64,000 nt of DNA from Candidatus Aminicenantes bacterium (lineage in GTDB: Bacteria; Acidobacteriota; Aminicenantia; Aminicenantales; CALLJL01), in contig JBBIRF010000007.1 in assembly GCA_037441905.1 (NCBI GenBank), forward strand, positions 17,219 to 81,218, read 5' to 3'. Both the position numbers and the translations under genes were made by a program. Of the stretch, positions 36,787 to 47,185 are shown in pieces (the stretch's first letter is position 1; every line of letters begins with the position of its first letter). Below the pieces are notes generated by a model. That model ran no database searches. It saw only the letters and a program-made list of their open reading frames with translations, and was not told the origin of the DNA.

Positions 36787-37897
36787 CGAAAGCAACCTCT
36801 GTCTCTCGCTTATCAAAAAACCAGTTTATAAGCTCAAAAAGCATAACGTCGACGAGGTCACTGCCGCTTTTTGAAGCCTGGTCAACTGTCCGGAGTTTCC
36901 TCAGCAGCTCGGCCAAATCTTCCTCGTCCCAGTCTTTGACCGCTTGAAAAAAGACGTCTCTCTTTTTCCTGATAAATTCAGGCGCAAATCTTTGCAGCCC
37001 GGGCCGCACCTGTTCGAAGATTTGAACCTCGTTTTTCCCCTCGGCCAGCCAGCGCCGGGCGAGAAGCAGTTCGCGGAAAAACTGGGCTAAAGCACCCACC
37101 GTATACTCTTTCCCTCTTTTGTCCTCGAGAAGCTTGCTCAGGGCCTGGAGGGCCGCTTTTCTGTTGCCTTCCTCCAGCGCCTGGGTCAATTCATACTGCT
37201 GGTAGGCCCTGATGGCCGGACAAACCGCAGCCACGTCCTCCAGCTCTATCTCCTTTTTCCCCTGGCAATAGAGGACCAGCTTCTCCAGCTCTTGCGCCAG
37301 AGACCTCAGGTCAGGTCCGGTGGCGTCGATAAGGCAATTGATCGCCTCTTCGCTCATTCTCATCCTTTGTTGCGCCAGGCGGTCAACCACCCATTTCCTT
37401 AGGGCCAGACCCTTGAGTTGTCGGCATTCTTTAATTTCCACGCCGGCGGGGCCAAGAGAATGAAGAAAGCGATAAAGGCTATTATTCCTATCTATTCTCC
37501 CGGGATAGTAAATAATCAGCTTCTCTTGTTGCCCCATAGAGGTGATTAACTGGCGTAACCTTTCTTCCTCAAAAGGCGTCAGGACGGCCCGGCTGGCCCC
37601 GACATCGGCCTCTTCCGTGGTTTCTTCGCTGGCTTCCTCCTCCTCTTCCGCCACGACGAGAGCCATTTTTTTCCCGACATAAAACAGCGAGCCAGTCTGC
37701 AACGCTTCGATGATGGCTATCCAGCTTGTCTCCCGCAAGGAAAACCGGAAGAACCCCTCCCTTTCTTCTTCCGCCGAGGTAAAAAACGACCTCCTGAGGT
37801 CAGCGACTATTTCTTCCGCCAGGAGTGTTTCCTCTCCGTAAAGAAAAAGCACCCTCGGCTCGCTTGAAGCCTGCCGGGAAGTGGTCCTGGCCGGCAT
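36776..37897 (-). CDS. holA: DNA polymerase III subunit delta
   Basis: Size and position downstream of leuS-lptE, a conserved trio. Helical clamp-loader delta-like composition. Weaker sequence-level evidence. Confidence 0.6.
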   Translation of the reverse strand: MPARTTSRQASSEPRVLFLYGEETLLAEEIVADLRRSFFTSAEEEREGFFRFSLRETSWIAIIEALQTGSLFYVGKKMALVVAEEEEEASEETTEEADVGASRAVLTPFEEERLRQLITSMGQQEKLIIYYPGRIDRNNSLYRFLHSLGPAGVEIKECRQLKGLALRKWVVDRLAQQRMRMSEEAINCLIDATGPDLRSLAQELEKLVLYCQGKKEIELEDVAAVCPAIRAYQQYELTQALEEGNRKAALQALSKLLEDKRGKEYTVGALAQFFRELLLARRWLAEGKNEVQIFEQVRPGLQRFAPEFIRKKRDVFFQAVKDWDEEDLAELLRKLRTVDQASKSGSDLVDVMLFELINWFFDKRETEVAFVSV

Positions 37898-37899
37898 GC

Positions 37900-38409
37900 T
37901 TAAAACCCCTCGAGAATAGCCACGACCAGGCTGCGGGCAAACTTTTCCGCAACCCGGTTGAGGGCCTCGGCTTCCATCGATTCAAAATCGGCGCCTTCCG
38001 GAACTTCATACTCCTCAACATAGATGAAAGACGGATGGTCAAAAAGGACCTGCTGCCTCGCCCTGTCCAGGAGATTAATTTTAGCCACAATGGTAATATT
38101 ATACCGGTCAGCGGTGTCCTTCCCGGAAAAGGCAATCGGGTTGACTTGAAAAGAGGTGATTTCGCCGAGCAGGACGGCATCCGCCTGTTCCGCCTGGCTG
38201 ACCAATTCCAGCTTTCCCCGGGTGGTAAGCTCGTTGATGACCGCCTGGGTCAACTTCAGGTCGAGTTCATACCGGGTCGTCAGGTTCTTAAAAACTGGAA
38301 TATAAATTTTTTTAACCGAGGACGGAAGCGACGTCCCCACGCCTCTCAAGTGATAACCGCAGGAAGCGAGGAAGCCGAGGAGAAGAATTACGACGGCTTT
38401 CTGCCTCAA
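37900..38409 (-). CDS. lptE: LPS-assembly lipoprotein LptE
   Basis: Lipobox LASCG. About 170 aa. Located between leuS and holA exactly as in E. coli. Confidence 0.6.
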   Translation of the reverse strand: MRQKAVVILLLGFLASCGYHLRGVGTSLPSSVKKIYIPVFKNLTTRYELDLKLTQAVINELTTRGKLELVSQAEQADAVLLGEITSFQVNPIAFSGKDTADRYNITIVAKINLLDRARQQVLFDHPSFIYVEEYEVPEGADFESMEAEALNRVAEKFARSLVVAILEGF

Positions 38410-38418
38410 TTTTTCATC

Positions 38419-40908
38419 CTAAATTACGATGTTCACTAACTTGTTCTCGACGGTGACTACCTTCTTGACGGTTTTTCCCTTGATAATTTCTTTAATCCGA
38501 CCAAGCTCGAGGGCTCTGGCCTTGATTTCCTCGGCCGAAATCTCAGCCGGAGCTTCAAACCGGTCCCGCAGTTTGCCGTTTACCTGGACGACAACCGTAA
38601 TCATCTCCTCCTGGGCTAATTCCGGGTCGAACGAAGGCCACGGAGTCTTAATTAAGTAGGTAGAATGCCCGGTTCTTTGCCAGAGTTCTTCACAAAAATG
38701 AGGCGTAAACGGCGAAAGCAAGGTCAACAACTGTTCGAGGCCAAACCGCAGCACGGAGCGGCCTTCGGCCGACGTCCGCAGCTGGTCTTTAACCCGCCGG
38801 ATTTCGTTATGCAATTCCATCAGGGCACTGATAGCCGTATTCAGGTGAAAACGCTTCCCGATGTCTTCCGTCACCTTCTTGATGGTTTTGTGAACCCGGC
38901 GGAGGAATTTAACGGCGTTTTCCTGGGTAATTTCCTCCGGCCGGACGGGCTCGCTCCCGCCGGAAAACAGGTCCTCGTTTTCTTCAAAGGTATTCCAGAC
39001 ACGGTTAAGGAAGCGAAAGCAGCCTTCGATTCCTTCCTCGGTCCAGGCAAACTCTTTTTCCGGCGGCGCGGCAAAAAGAATGAACAGGCGAAGCGAATCA
39101 GCGCCGTAACGAGCAATCATCTCGTCCGGGTCAACAATATTACCCCTTGATTTGGACATGGCGGCGCCGTCTTTGGTAACCATCCCCTGGGCAAGATAGT
39201 GGGGGAAGGGTTCGTTGAGCGAAGTCAACCCCAGGTCGCGTAACACCTTGGTAAAAAAGCGAGAATAGATCAAGTGCAAAATAGCATGCTCCACCCCGCC
39301 GATGTATAAATCAACCGGCATCCAGTAGGCGGCCGCTGCTGGGTCGAAAGGCAGGTTCTTCTCGTCCGGGGAGGCATAACGAAAGAAATACCAGGAAGAA
39401 TCAAAAAAAGTGTCCATCGTGTCGGTTTCCCGCCTCGCCGGTCCTTTACACCGAGGACAGGTCGTGTTGACAAACTCCTGGACCTTTTCAAGAGGAGAGC
39501 CTTCCTCGCCGGTAAACTTTGTTTCATAGGGCAGAACAACCGGCAAATCCTCGTACGGGACGCCGACAATACCGCAGCGGTCACAATGGACGACAGGGAT
39601 GGGCGTTCCCCAGTACCTTTGTCTGGAAATGCCCCAGTCTCGGAGCCGGTAAATAATCGTCTTGCTGCCGATTCCTCTGGCCTCAGCCTCCCGGCCCATC
39701 GCCTCGATGGCTTCCCGGGAAGAAAGACCTGAATAGGGTCCAGAAGAAACGAGTTTTCCGTAGTCCTCGAAAGCGGCTTCAAGCGGCAGCTTCACCTCGG
39801 AATCACCCTCCGGAACCACGACCACCCGGATAGGCAAGCCATATTGGCGGGCAAACTCAAAATCTCTCTGGTCATGGGCTGGGACCGCCATGATGGCTCC
39901 TGTCCCGTAATCCATCAGGACATAATTGGCAATCCAGATCGGAATGAGCTCGCCAGTAAAGGGATTCAAGGCTTTTTTCCCTGTATCAACGCCTTCCTTC
40001 TTCGTCTCCGCCTGCCTCCTCCGCTGCCTTGATTCCAGGATAACCCGGTTAAGCCAGGCTTCGATTTTTTCTCTTTCCGGCAAATCTGCGATTAATTCCC
40101 GGCTGAGAGGATGTTCAGGCGAGAGAAGAAGGAAAGTTGCCCCGTAAACGGTATCGAGCCTGGTGGTAAAAACTTCGATGGAACGAGAACCGTCCTTGAG
40201 AGGAAAAAGAAGGCTGGCCCCCTCGCTCTCGCCAATCCAGTTCCGCTGCATCAGCAGGACATGCTCGGGCCATTTGGCAAGCTCGGCGTGGCCGGCAAGC
40301 AATTCCCTGGCATAAGCCGTGATTTTTAAGAACCAATGGTCCATCTGCTTTTGTTCGACAGGGCTCGAACATCGCCAGCACTGGTCGCCGGCCGCCTGTT
40401 CGTTGGCCAAAACCGTCCGGCATTGAGGGCACCAGTTTACCCAGCTCTTCCGCCTGAACGCCAGGCCTCGCTCGAACATTTTGAGAAAAATCCATTGGTT
40501 CCATTTGTAGTACTCCGGAAGGCAGGTGTTAACCTCCCGGGACCAATCATAACTGAACCCGAGCCGCCGGAGCTGGGTCTTCATCGTGGCAATGTTGTTT
40601 AACGTCCAGTCTCGCGGATGAATCCCGTGTTTAATGGCCGCATTCTCGGCCGGCAGCCCCAACGCATCCCAGCCCATCGGATGAAGAACATTGTACCCCT
40701 GCATGATCATGAACCTGGAGATGACATCGCCGATCGAGTAATTGCGGACATGTCCCATATGAATCCGGCCGGAGGGATAGGGGTACATCTCCAGGCAGTA
40801 AAATTTCTTCCGCTCGGGGTCCTCCTTAACTTCGAAAACTTTCTCTTCCTCCCAGATGCGCTGCCATTTGGGTTCAATTTCTTGAAAATTATAACCTTCC
40901 TTCTTCAT
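38419..40908 (-). CDS. leuS: leucine--tRNA ligase
   Basis: Class I aaRS motifs: HMGH (HIGH-type) and KMSKS. CP1 editing domain. 829 aa. Confidence 0.9.
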   Translation of the reverse strand: MKKEGYNFQEIEPKWQRIWEEEKVFEVKEDPERKKFYCLEMYPYPSGRIHMGHVRNYSIGDVISRFMIMQGYNVLHPMGWDALGLPAENAAIKHGIHPRDWTLNNIATMKTQLRRLGFSYDWSREVNTCLPEYYKWNQWIFLKMFERGLAFRRKSWVNWCPQCRTVLANEQAAGDQCWRCSSPVEQKQMDHWFLKITAYARELLAGHAELAKWPEHVLLMQRNWIGESEGASLLFPLKDGSRSIEVFTTRLDTVYGATFLLLSPEHPLSRELIADLPEREKIEAWLNRVILESRQRRRQAETKKEGVDTGKKALNPFTGELIPIWIANYVLMDYGTGAIMAVPAHDQRDFEFARQYGLPIRVVVVPEGDSEVKLPLEAAFEDYGKLVSSGPYSGLSSREAIEAMGREAEARGIGSKTIIYRLRDWGISRQRYWGTPIPVVHCDRCGIVGVPYEDLPVVLPYETKFTGEEGSPLEKVQEFVNTTCPRCKGPARRETDTMDTFFDSSWYFFRYASPDEKNLPFDPAAAAYWMPVDLYIGGVEHAILHLIYSRFFTKVLRDLGLTSLNEPFPHYLAQGMVTKDGAAMSKSRGNIVDPDEMIARYGADSLRLFILFAAPPEKEFAWTEEGIEGCFRFLNRVWNTFEENEDLFSGGSEPVRPEEITQENAVKFLRRVHKTIKKVTEDIGKRFHLNTAISALMELHNEIRRVKDQLRTSAEGRSVLRFGLEQLLTLLSPFTPHFCEELWQRTGHSTYLIKTPWPSFDPELAQEEMITVVVQVNGKLRDRFEAPAEISAEEIKARALELGRIKEIIKGKTVKKVVTVENKLVNIVI

Positions 40909-41113
40909 CGACCTTACCTCTTGGAGCCTGAGAGAATAGCGCTAAGAGCTCCGCTAATTTCTATCATCTTAGACGCTTCACCGTTCGGCTGTCAAGAAAG
41001 CCGCCCGGTCAAACTTGATTTCACTCGCTGGTTCCGATAAATATGAGATAATTTAAACCAAAAAAATTCTTGCGCAGGTCATAAAAACGGAAAAAACGAC
41101 CTCTTTTAAAAGC

Positions 41114-42061
41114 ATGCTTCCAATCGAGCAACGGCGCTTCTTGCTTTCTAAAAATTCACTAATTTCTCTAATTTTCCTATCTATACTATCTATAGTTGCC
41201 GCCAGCCTTGCCCCGGCTCAAACTAAGCCACTCCGCGACGCCTTGGGTTTTGAATTTTTCCCTGGCTCTCCTCCCGAAAGAATAATTTCTCTCGCCCCCA
41301 ACCTGACGGAGATTCTTTTTAGCCTGGGGCTCGGCGACAGGGTTGTTGGCGTCACTCGCTTTTGCAATTACCCGGCCGAAGCAAAGAAAATAAACCAGGT
41401 TGGCGGAATCATCGACCCCAATTTAGAAAAAATTGCCAGTCTCAAGCCGGATTTAATCCTCGCTTTTCGCGGGACACCCCTTCCCGTTTTAGACCGAATG
41501 AGGACGGCCGGTTTTCGCCTTTTCGTCCTCAACGAGGGAGAAACAATCGAAGAGCTTTTCCCTCTCATTCGGATAGTTGGTCAAGTAACAGGAAGAGAAA
41601 GACAAGCCGCAGAGCTCAGCCTGAACCTCGAGAGAAGGTATGAGTCAGTCATAAAAAAGCTCCAGACCGTGGAGTCGCGGCCTCGGGTGCTTCTTTTGCT
41701 CTCAGGGCCCGGCTACTGGACAAGCGGCGGGAGGGGGTTTCTCAACGACCTGTTGAAAAAAGCCGGCGGAGAGCCAGTGACAGCCGAAACGCCCGACCGC
41801 TGGGTCCTCCTCAACCCGGAGGAAATTCTCGGCCTGGCGCCAGAGGCTGTGGTCGTCCTGGCTTCTTCAGCCGAAGCCTTTGAAAGTTTCAAGGGGAATT
41901 TGCTCAGAAATCCGTCTCTTAAGGCCGTCCCGGCCGTGGCCAAAAAACGCTTTTTCGCCCTCGATGAGGATAGCTCGAGCCGCTTTGGCCCCCGGCTTAT
42001 CCAGGCCCTGGAGGAGCTTGCCCGCTGGCTTCACCCGCAAGCTTTCATCGATTTCCTTTAG
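41114..42061 (+). CDS. ABC transporter periplasmic substrate-binding protein, BtuF/FecB (cobalamin/siderophore) class
   Basis: Signal peptide. Class III PBP fold. Conserved segments IISLAPNLTEILFSLG and KPDLIL. Confidence 0.7.
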   Translation: MLPIEQRRFLLSKNSLISLIFLSILSIVAASLAPAQTKPLRDALGFEFFPGSPPERIISLAPNLTEILFSLGLGDRVVGVTRFCNYPAEAKKINQVGGIIDPNLEKIASLKPDLILAFRGTPLPVLDRMRTAGFRLFVLNEGETIEELFPLIRIVGQVTGRERQAAELSLNLERRYESVIKKLQTVESRPRVLLLLSGPGYWTSGGRGFLNDLLKKAGGEPVTAETPDRWVLLNPEEILGLAPEAVVVLASSAEAFESFKGNLLRNPSLKAVPAVAKKRFFALDEDSSSRFGPRLIQALEELARWLHPQAFIDFL

Positions 42062-42135
42062 CTATGTCCCAATCCAAAATAGAGATTATTAATTGACAAA
42101 TTGAGGCTTTTCCTTTATTTTTCTCTGGATAAATC

Positions 42136-42504
42136 ATGCCGCTAACTCTAAACCAGTTTCTATGGCTGGTCATTACTCTGACCATAGTTGTTGTCGCCAC
42201 CTGGTTAGTGATTTTTCTCCGGCAGCTTAAGAGCACGGCGGAAGAAGGCCAGAAAGCTCTCGCCGAGCTCCGCCGAGCTCTTGAGGAGTTCCACGAGGTG
42301 GAGGTTTTAATCAAAGAGAAAGTAGAAACCATGGCCGACACCCTCGAATCCTCAAGGAAGGTTGCCGCCAGTTTAGCCGAGATTCTTGGCTTTCTTGCCA
42401 CCCGGGTGGCCAGACCTGCTTCCCGCTATTGGCCCGTTATTTTCCCGCTACTTCAATTCCTTTGGCGGCAAAAAAAGAAAAGAAAGGAGAAAACCCATGG
42501 CTGA
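42136..42504 (+). CDS. small membrane-anchored coiled-coil protein (DUF948-like)
   Basis: Single N-terminal TM helix followed by a helical domain. Paired with a YtxH-like gene, as ytxG/ytxH are in Firmicutes. Confidence 0.45.
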   Translation: MPLTLNQFLWLVITLTIVVVATWLVIFLRQLKSTAEEGQKALAELRRALEEFHEVEVLIKEKVETMADTLESSRKVAASLAEILGFLATRVARPASRYWPVIFPLLQFLWRQKKKRKEKTHG

Positions 42505-42814
42505 GGAAAAAGGTTCGAGCGCTCTCGGCATCGCCGTCTCTTTCCTTCTTGGCGCGGCGACCGGGTTTATCTTGGGCATCCTTTATGCCCCCGCCAGCGG
42601 TAAGGAAACCAGGCAAAAAATAAAAGAACAAGCAGCCAGGACTGGCGAAATGGCCAAGGAGGGTTACCAGAAACTGGCGGAAGAAGCGGAAAAGGGAATT
42701 AAAGTGGTCAAAGAAAAGACCCAGGAAGGAATAGAAGCCATTAGGGAATTCTTAGAAAAAAAGAAAGAGGAATACGCCCGCAAGAGCCCAGAAAAAACCT
42801 CCGAAAGCGACTAA
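42497..42814 (+). CDS. YtxH-like membrane-anchored protein
   Basis: N-terminal TM ending in the YAPxSGKETR motif typical of the YtxH family, followed by a charged helix. Confidence 0.5.
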   Translation: MAEEKGSSALGIAVSFLLGAATGFILGILYAPASGKETRQKIKEQAARTGEMAKEGYQKLAEEAEKGIKVVKEKTQEGIEAIREFLEKKKEEYARKSPEKTSESD

Positions 42815-42836
42815 AAAAGAGCCCGCTTAAACTTGA

Positions 42837-44162
<1,326 letters not shown>

Positions 44163-44203
44163 TTGAAGACAGTCTAAGCCTGAACCAAGATTCAGGGGCA
44201 AGG

Positions 44204-45814
44204 ATGTCCGGGGAAAAAGAAAGAAAGCCTTTTTTCAGCACGCCTTCGGGAATCATCCTGAAAAGAGTTTATACTCCAGAGGACTTAACCGATTTTGATT
44301 TCCAGCGGGACCTTGGTCAGCCTGGCTCTTTTCCGTTTACCCGGGGAATCTATCCGACGATGTACCGGAAGCGCCTCTGGACTATGCGCCAGTACGCCGG
44401 CTACGGAACAGCCGCCGAGACCAACCGCCGCTTCCGCTACCTGCTTTCTCAAGGACAGACCGGCTTGAGCGTGGCTTTCGACTTGCCAACTCAGCTGGGG
44501 CTCGACTCCGACGACCCTCGGGCCAAAGGCGAGGTGGGCCGGTGCGGGGTAGCGGTCGATAGCCTCCAGGATATGGAAGAGCTTTTCCAGGCTATCCCCC
44601 TGGATAAAGTCAGCGTTTCGATGACTATTAACGCCACTGCTGCTCCGATTCTGGCTATGTTTTTGGTCCTGGCGGAAAAGAAACGGATTCCCTGGTCGAA
44701 ACTTTCGGGCACAGTCCAGAACGACATCCTTAAAGAATACATTGCCCGCGGGACGTATATTTATTCCCCCCGTCCGTCTCTCCGGCTGGCCACCGACATC
44801 ATTGCCTTCTGTCAGGCCCATGTCCCCCGCTGGAACCCGATTTCAGTCAGCGGATATCACATCCGCGAAGCAGGCGCGACCGCTGTTCAGGAGCTGGCTT
44901 TCACTCTGGCCAACGGCATCACCTATGTAAAAGCAGCTAAAGAAAGAGGCCTGGAAGTTGATTCTTTTGCCGGACGGTTTTCCTTCTTTTTAGCCTCGCA
45001 CAACTGCTTTTTCGAAGAAATTGCCAAGTTCCGGGCAGCCCGGCGCCTCTGGGCCAAAATCATGAAAGAGGAGCTGGGAGCCAAGCAGCCGCAATCCTGG
45101 CTTTTCCGTTTCCACACCCAGACGAGCGGTTGCACCTTAACGGCCCATCAACCGGAAAATAATGTCATTCGGGTGACTCTTCAAGCGCTGGCGGCTGTCC
45201 TCGGAGGAACCCAGTCGCTTCACACTAATTCCCGCGACGAGGCTCTCTCGCTGCCGACTGAAGAGTCGGCCAGGATCGCCCTCCGCACCCAGCAAATAAT
45301 CGCTTTTGAAACCGGCGCGGCCGACACCGTCGACCCCTTAGGCGGGAGCTATTTCCTCGAACAATTGACCACCGAGCTCGAGGCAAAGGTTCGGGCGCTG
45401 CTGGCCGAAATCGAGGCCAGAGGAGGAATGTTGGCCGCCATCGAGAACGGCTGGGTCCAGCGTCAAATCGAGGAGAGTGCTTACGCTCAGCAAAAGATGG
45501 TTGATGGCCGGGAGCAGGTTGTGGTCGGCGTCAACGAGTTCAGGCTGGAAGCCGAAAGACCCCGCTTTAACTTGCTCCATGTCTCTCCCGAGGTAGAAAG
45601 GAAGCAGCGGCAGAAGTTAAAAGCTTGGCGTCGGGAACGCCGGACGAAACAAGTCTTGAGGGCCTTAGATGGACTCCGGAAGGCAGCCATTTCAGGAGAA
45701 AACCTCATGGGGGCCATGGTCCAAGCTGTCAAAGCGCGGGCTACCTTAGGAGAAATAACCCGGACGCTGGAAGAGGTTTTCGGAACCTACGAAGAAAAAA
45801 TTCTCTTCCGTTAA
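44204..45814 (+). CDS. methylmalonyl-CoA mutase family, catalytic (substrate-binding TIM-barrel) subunit without B12-binding domain
   Basis: Conserved MCM N-terminal segments ([24 protein letters not shown]). 536 aa with no C-terminal cobalamin-binding DxHxxG domain. Confidence 0.8.
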   Translation: MSGEKERKPFFSTPSGIILKRVYTPEDLTDFDFQRDLGQPGSFPFTRGIYPTMYRKRLWTMRQYAGYGTAAETNRRFRYLLSQGQTGLSVAFDLPTQLGLDSDDPRAKGEVGRCGVAVDSLQDMEELFQAIPLDKVSVSMTINATAAPILAMFLVLAEKKRIPWSKLSGTVQNDILKEYIARGTYIYSPRPSLRLATDIIAFCQAHVPRWNPISVSGYHIREAGATAVQELAFTLANGITYVKAAKERGLEVDSFAGRFSFFLASHNCFFEEIAKFRAARRLWAKIMKEELGAKQPQSWLFRFHTQTSGCTLTAHQPENNVIRVTLQALAAVLGGTQSLHTNSRDEALSLPTEESARIALRTQQIIAFETGAADTVDPLGGSYFLEQLTTELEAKVRALLAEIEARGGMLAAIENGWVQRQIEESAYAQQKMVDGREQVVVGVNEFRLEAERPRFNLLHVSPEVERKQRQKLKAWRRERRTKQVLRALDGLRKAAISGENLMGAMVQAVKARATLGEITRTLEEVFGTYEEKILFR

Positions 45815-45826
45815 CTTCACGTTTTA

Positions 45827-47185
45827 TTGACTTTCGCTCTCCTTATGCCTATGATGAAAACGATAAAAATAATGAAAAAAATCTTTTATATAAAAATTTT
45901 AACAGTCATTAGCTTGACTCTTTCCTCCGCCTCTTTTCTTGCGGCCGTGGATAAAATAACGGCGGCGGAAATCGAAACCTTAGTGGAAAAATACCGGCCG
46001 GATATAATTCGCTTACGCCGCTATTTCCACCTGAACCCCGAGCTGAGCGGCCAGGAAGTTGAGACCAGCCGGTTAATCAGTTCCCGGCTAATTTCCCTCG
46101 GGTTCGAAGTAAAAACTGACCTGGCCAAAACCGGCGTGGCCGGGTTGCTCCGAGGCAACGACCAGGGTCCGACCATTGCCCTTAGAGCGGACATGGATGC
46201 CCTGCCAGTTCAGGAATTAGCCCAGGTTCCGTTCAAGTCACTCAACCCGGGAGTGATGCACGCCTGCGGTCATGACCTGCATATGGCGATAGCTCTCGGC
46301 ACGGCTTATGTATTAAACGACCTCCGCTCGAAGCTAAAAGGCAACGTTAAGTTCATCTTCCAGCCGGCCGAAGAAGGCCTCCTCGGGGGCGAAGAGGGCG
46401 GGGCTTCGCTGATGGTCAAAGAAGGAGTGCTTGAAGACCCACCCGTAAGGGCAATCTTTGGGTTACACGTTTGGCCAGAAGCTTCGGTCGGACAGGTGAT
46501 GTTCTCGCCGGGTGTTATCATGGCCAACTCAGACTCTTTCGAAATTATTATCAAAGGGAAGAATGCTCATGGAGCCAGGCCGCAAGAAGGGGTGGACGCC
46601 ATCGTCCTGGCTTCCCAGGTGGTGATGGCTTTGCAATCAACTGTCTCCCGGATGATCGACCCGACTGACCCGATAGTCCTCACCGTGGGCAAGATTACCG
46701 GAGGAGTCAGGTCAAACGTTATCGCCTCTGAGGTCATCCTCGAGGGCACAGTCCGCACCCTGAGCGAAAAAAACAGGCAAAAAGTCCCGCAGCTAATTTC
46801 AGCCGTCGTCCGCGGGATTGTCCAGCCGGTCGGCGGTGATTTTGCCCTGAATTATAAGCAGCTTTTGCCCGCTGTATATAACCATCCTGAACTGGCTAAG
46901 ATAATGGAGCCAACCCTCAGCAGTGTCATCGGGCCGGAAAACGTTCTGCCGCTCAAACCTCAGTTTGTCGCCGAAGATTTTGCCTTCTACGGCCAGAAAA
47001 TTCCCGGGTTCTTTTTCTTTTTAGGCGTCAAGAACCCGCGCGACGCCCAGGCGGCGCCGCTCCACAGCCCCTATTTTAACCCTGACGAAAGAAGCATACC
47101 GGTGGGGATAAAATTAATGTGCCATCTCCTGCTTGATTGTCTCGAAAGGGCAAGCTCAGTTGAGTCTTTCTCCAGGGATTTCTAA
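45827..47185 (+). CDS. M20D-family amidohydrolase (N-acyl-amino acid / hippurate hydrolase-like) with N-terminal signal/anchor
   Basis: Metal-binding motif MHACGHDLH. M20 dimerisation domain. Hydrophobic N-terminal leader. Confidence 0.75.
   Translation: MTFALLMPMMKTIKIMKKIFYIKILTVISLTLSSASFLAAVDKITAAEIETLVEKYRPDIIRLRRYFHLNPELSGQEVETSRLISSRLISLGFEVKTDLAKTGVAGLLRGNDQGPTIALRADMDALPVQELAQVPFKSLNPGVMHACGHDLHMAIALGTAYVLNDLRSKLKGNVKFIFQPAEEGLLGGEEGGASLMVKEGVLEDPPVRAIFGLHVWPEASVGQVMFSPGVIMANSDSFEIIIKGKNAHGARPQEGVDAIVLASQVVMALQSTVSRMIDPTDPIVLTVGKITGGVRSNVIASEVILEGTVRTLSEKNRQKVPQLISAVVRGIVQPVGGDFALNYKQLLPAVYNHPELAKIMEPTLSSVIGPENVLPLKPQFVAEDFAFYGQKIPGFFFFLGVKNPRDAQAAPLHSPYFNPDERSIPVGIKLMCHLLLDCLERASSVESFSRDF

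Noticed and set aside
40909-41113. Possible cobalamin riboswitch upstream of the BtuF-like binding protein
   Set aside because: I could not find a B12-box-like consensus or the expected multi-stem architecture by eye. The region is more likely a divergent promoter region shared with leuS. It would need cmscan to settle.
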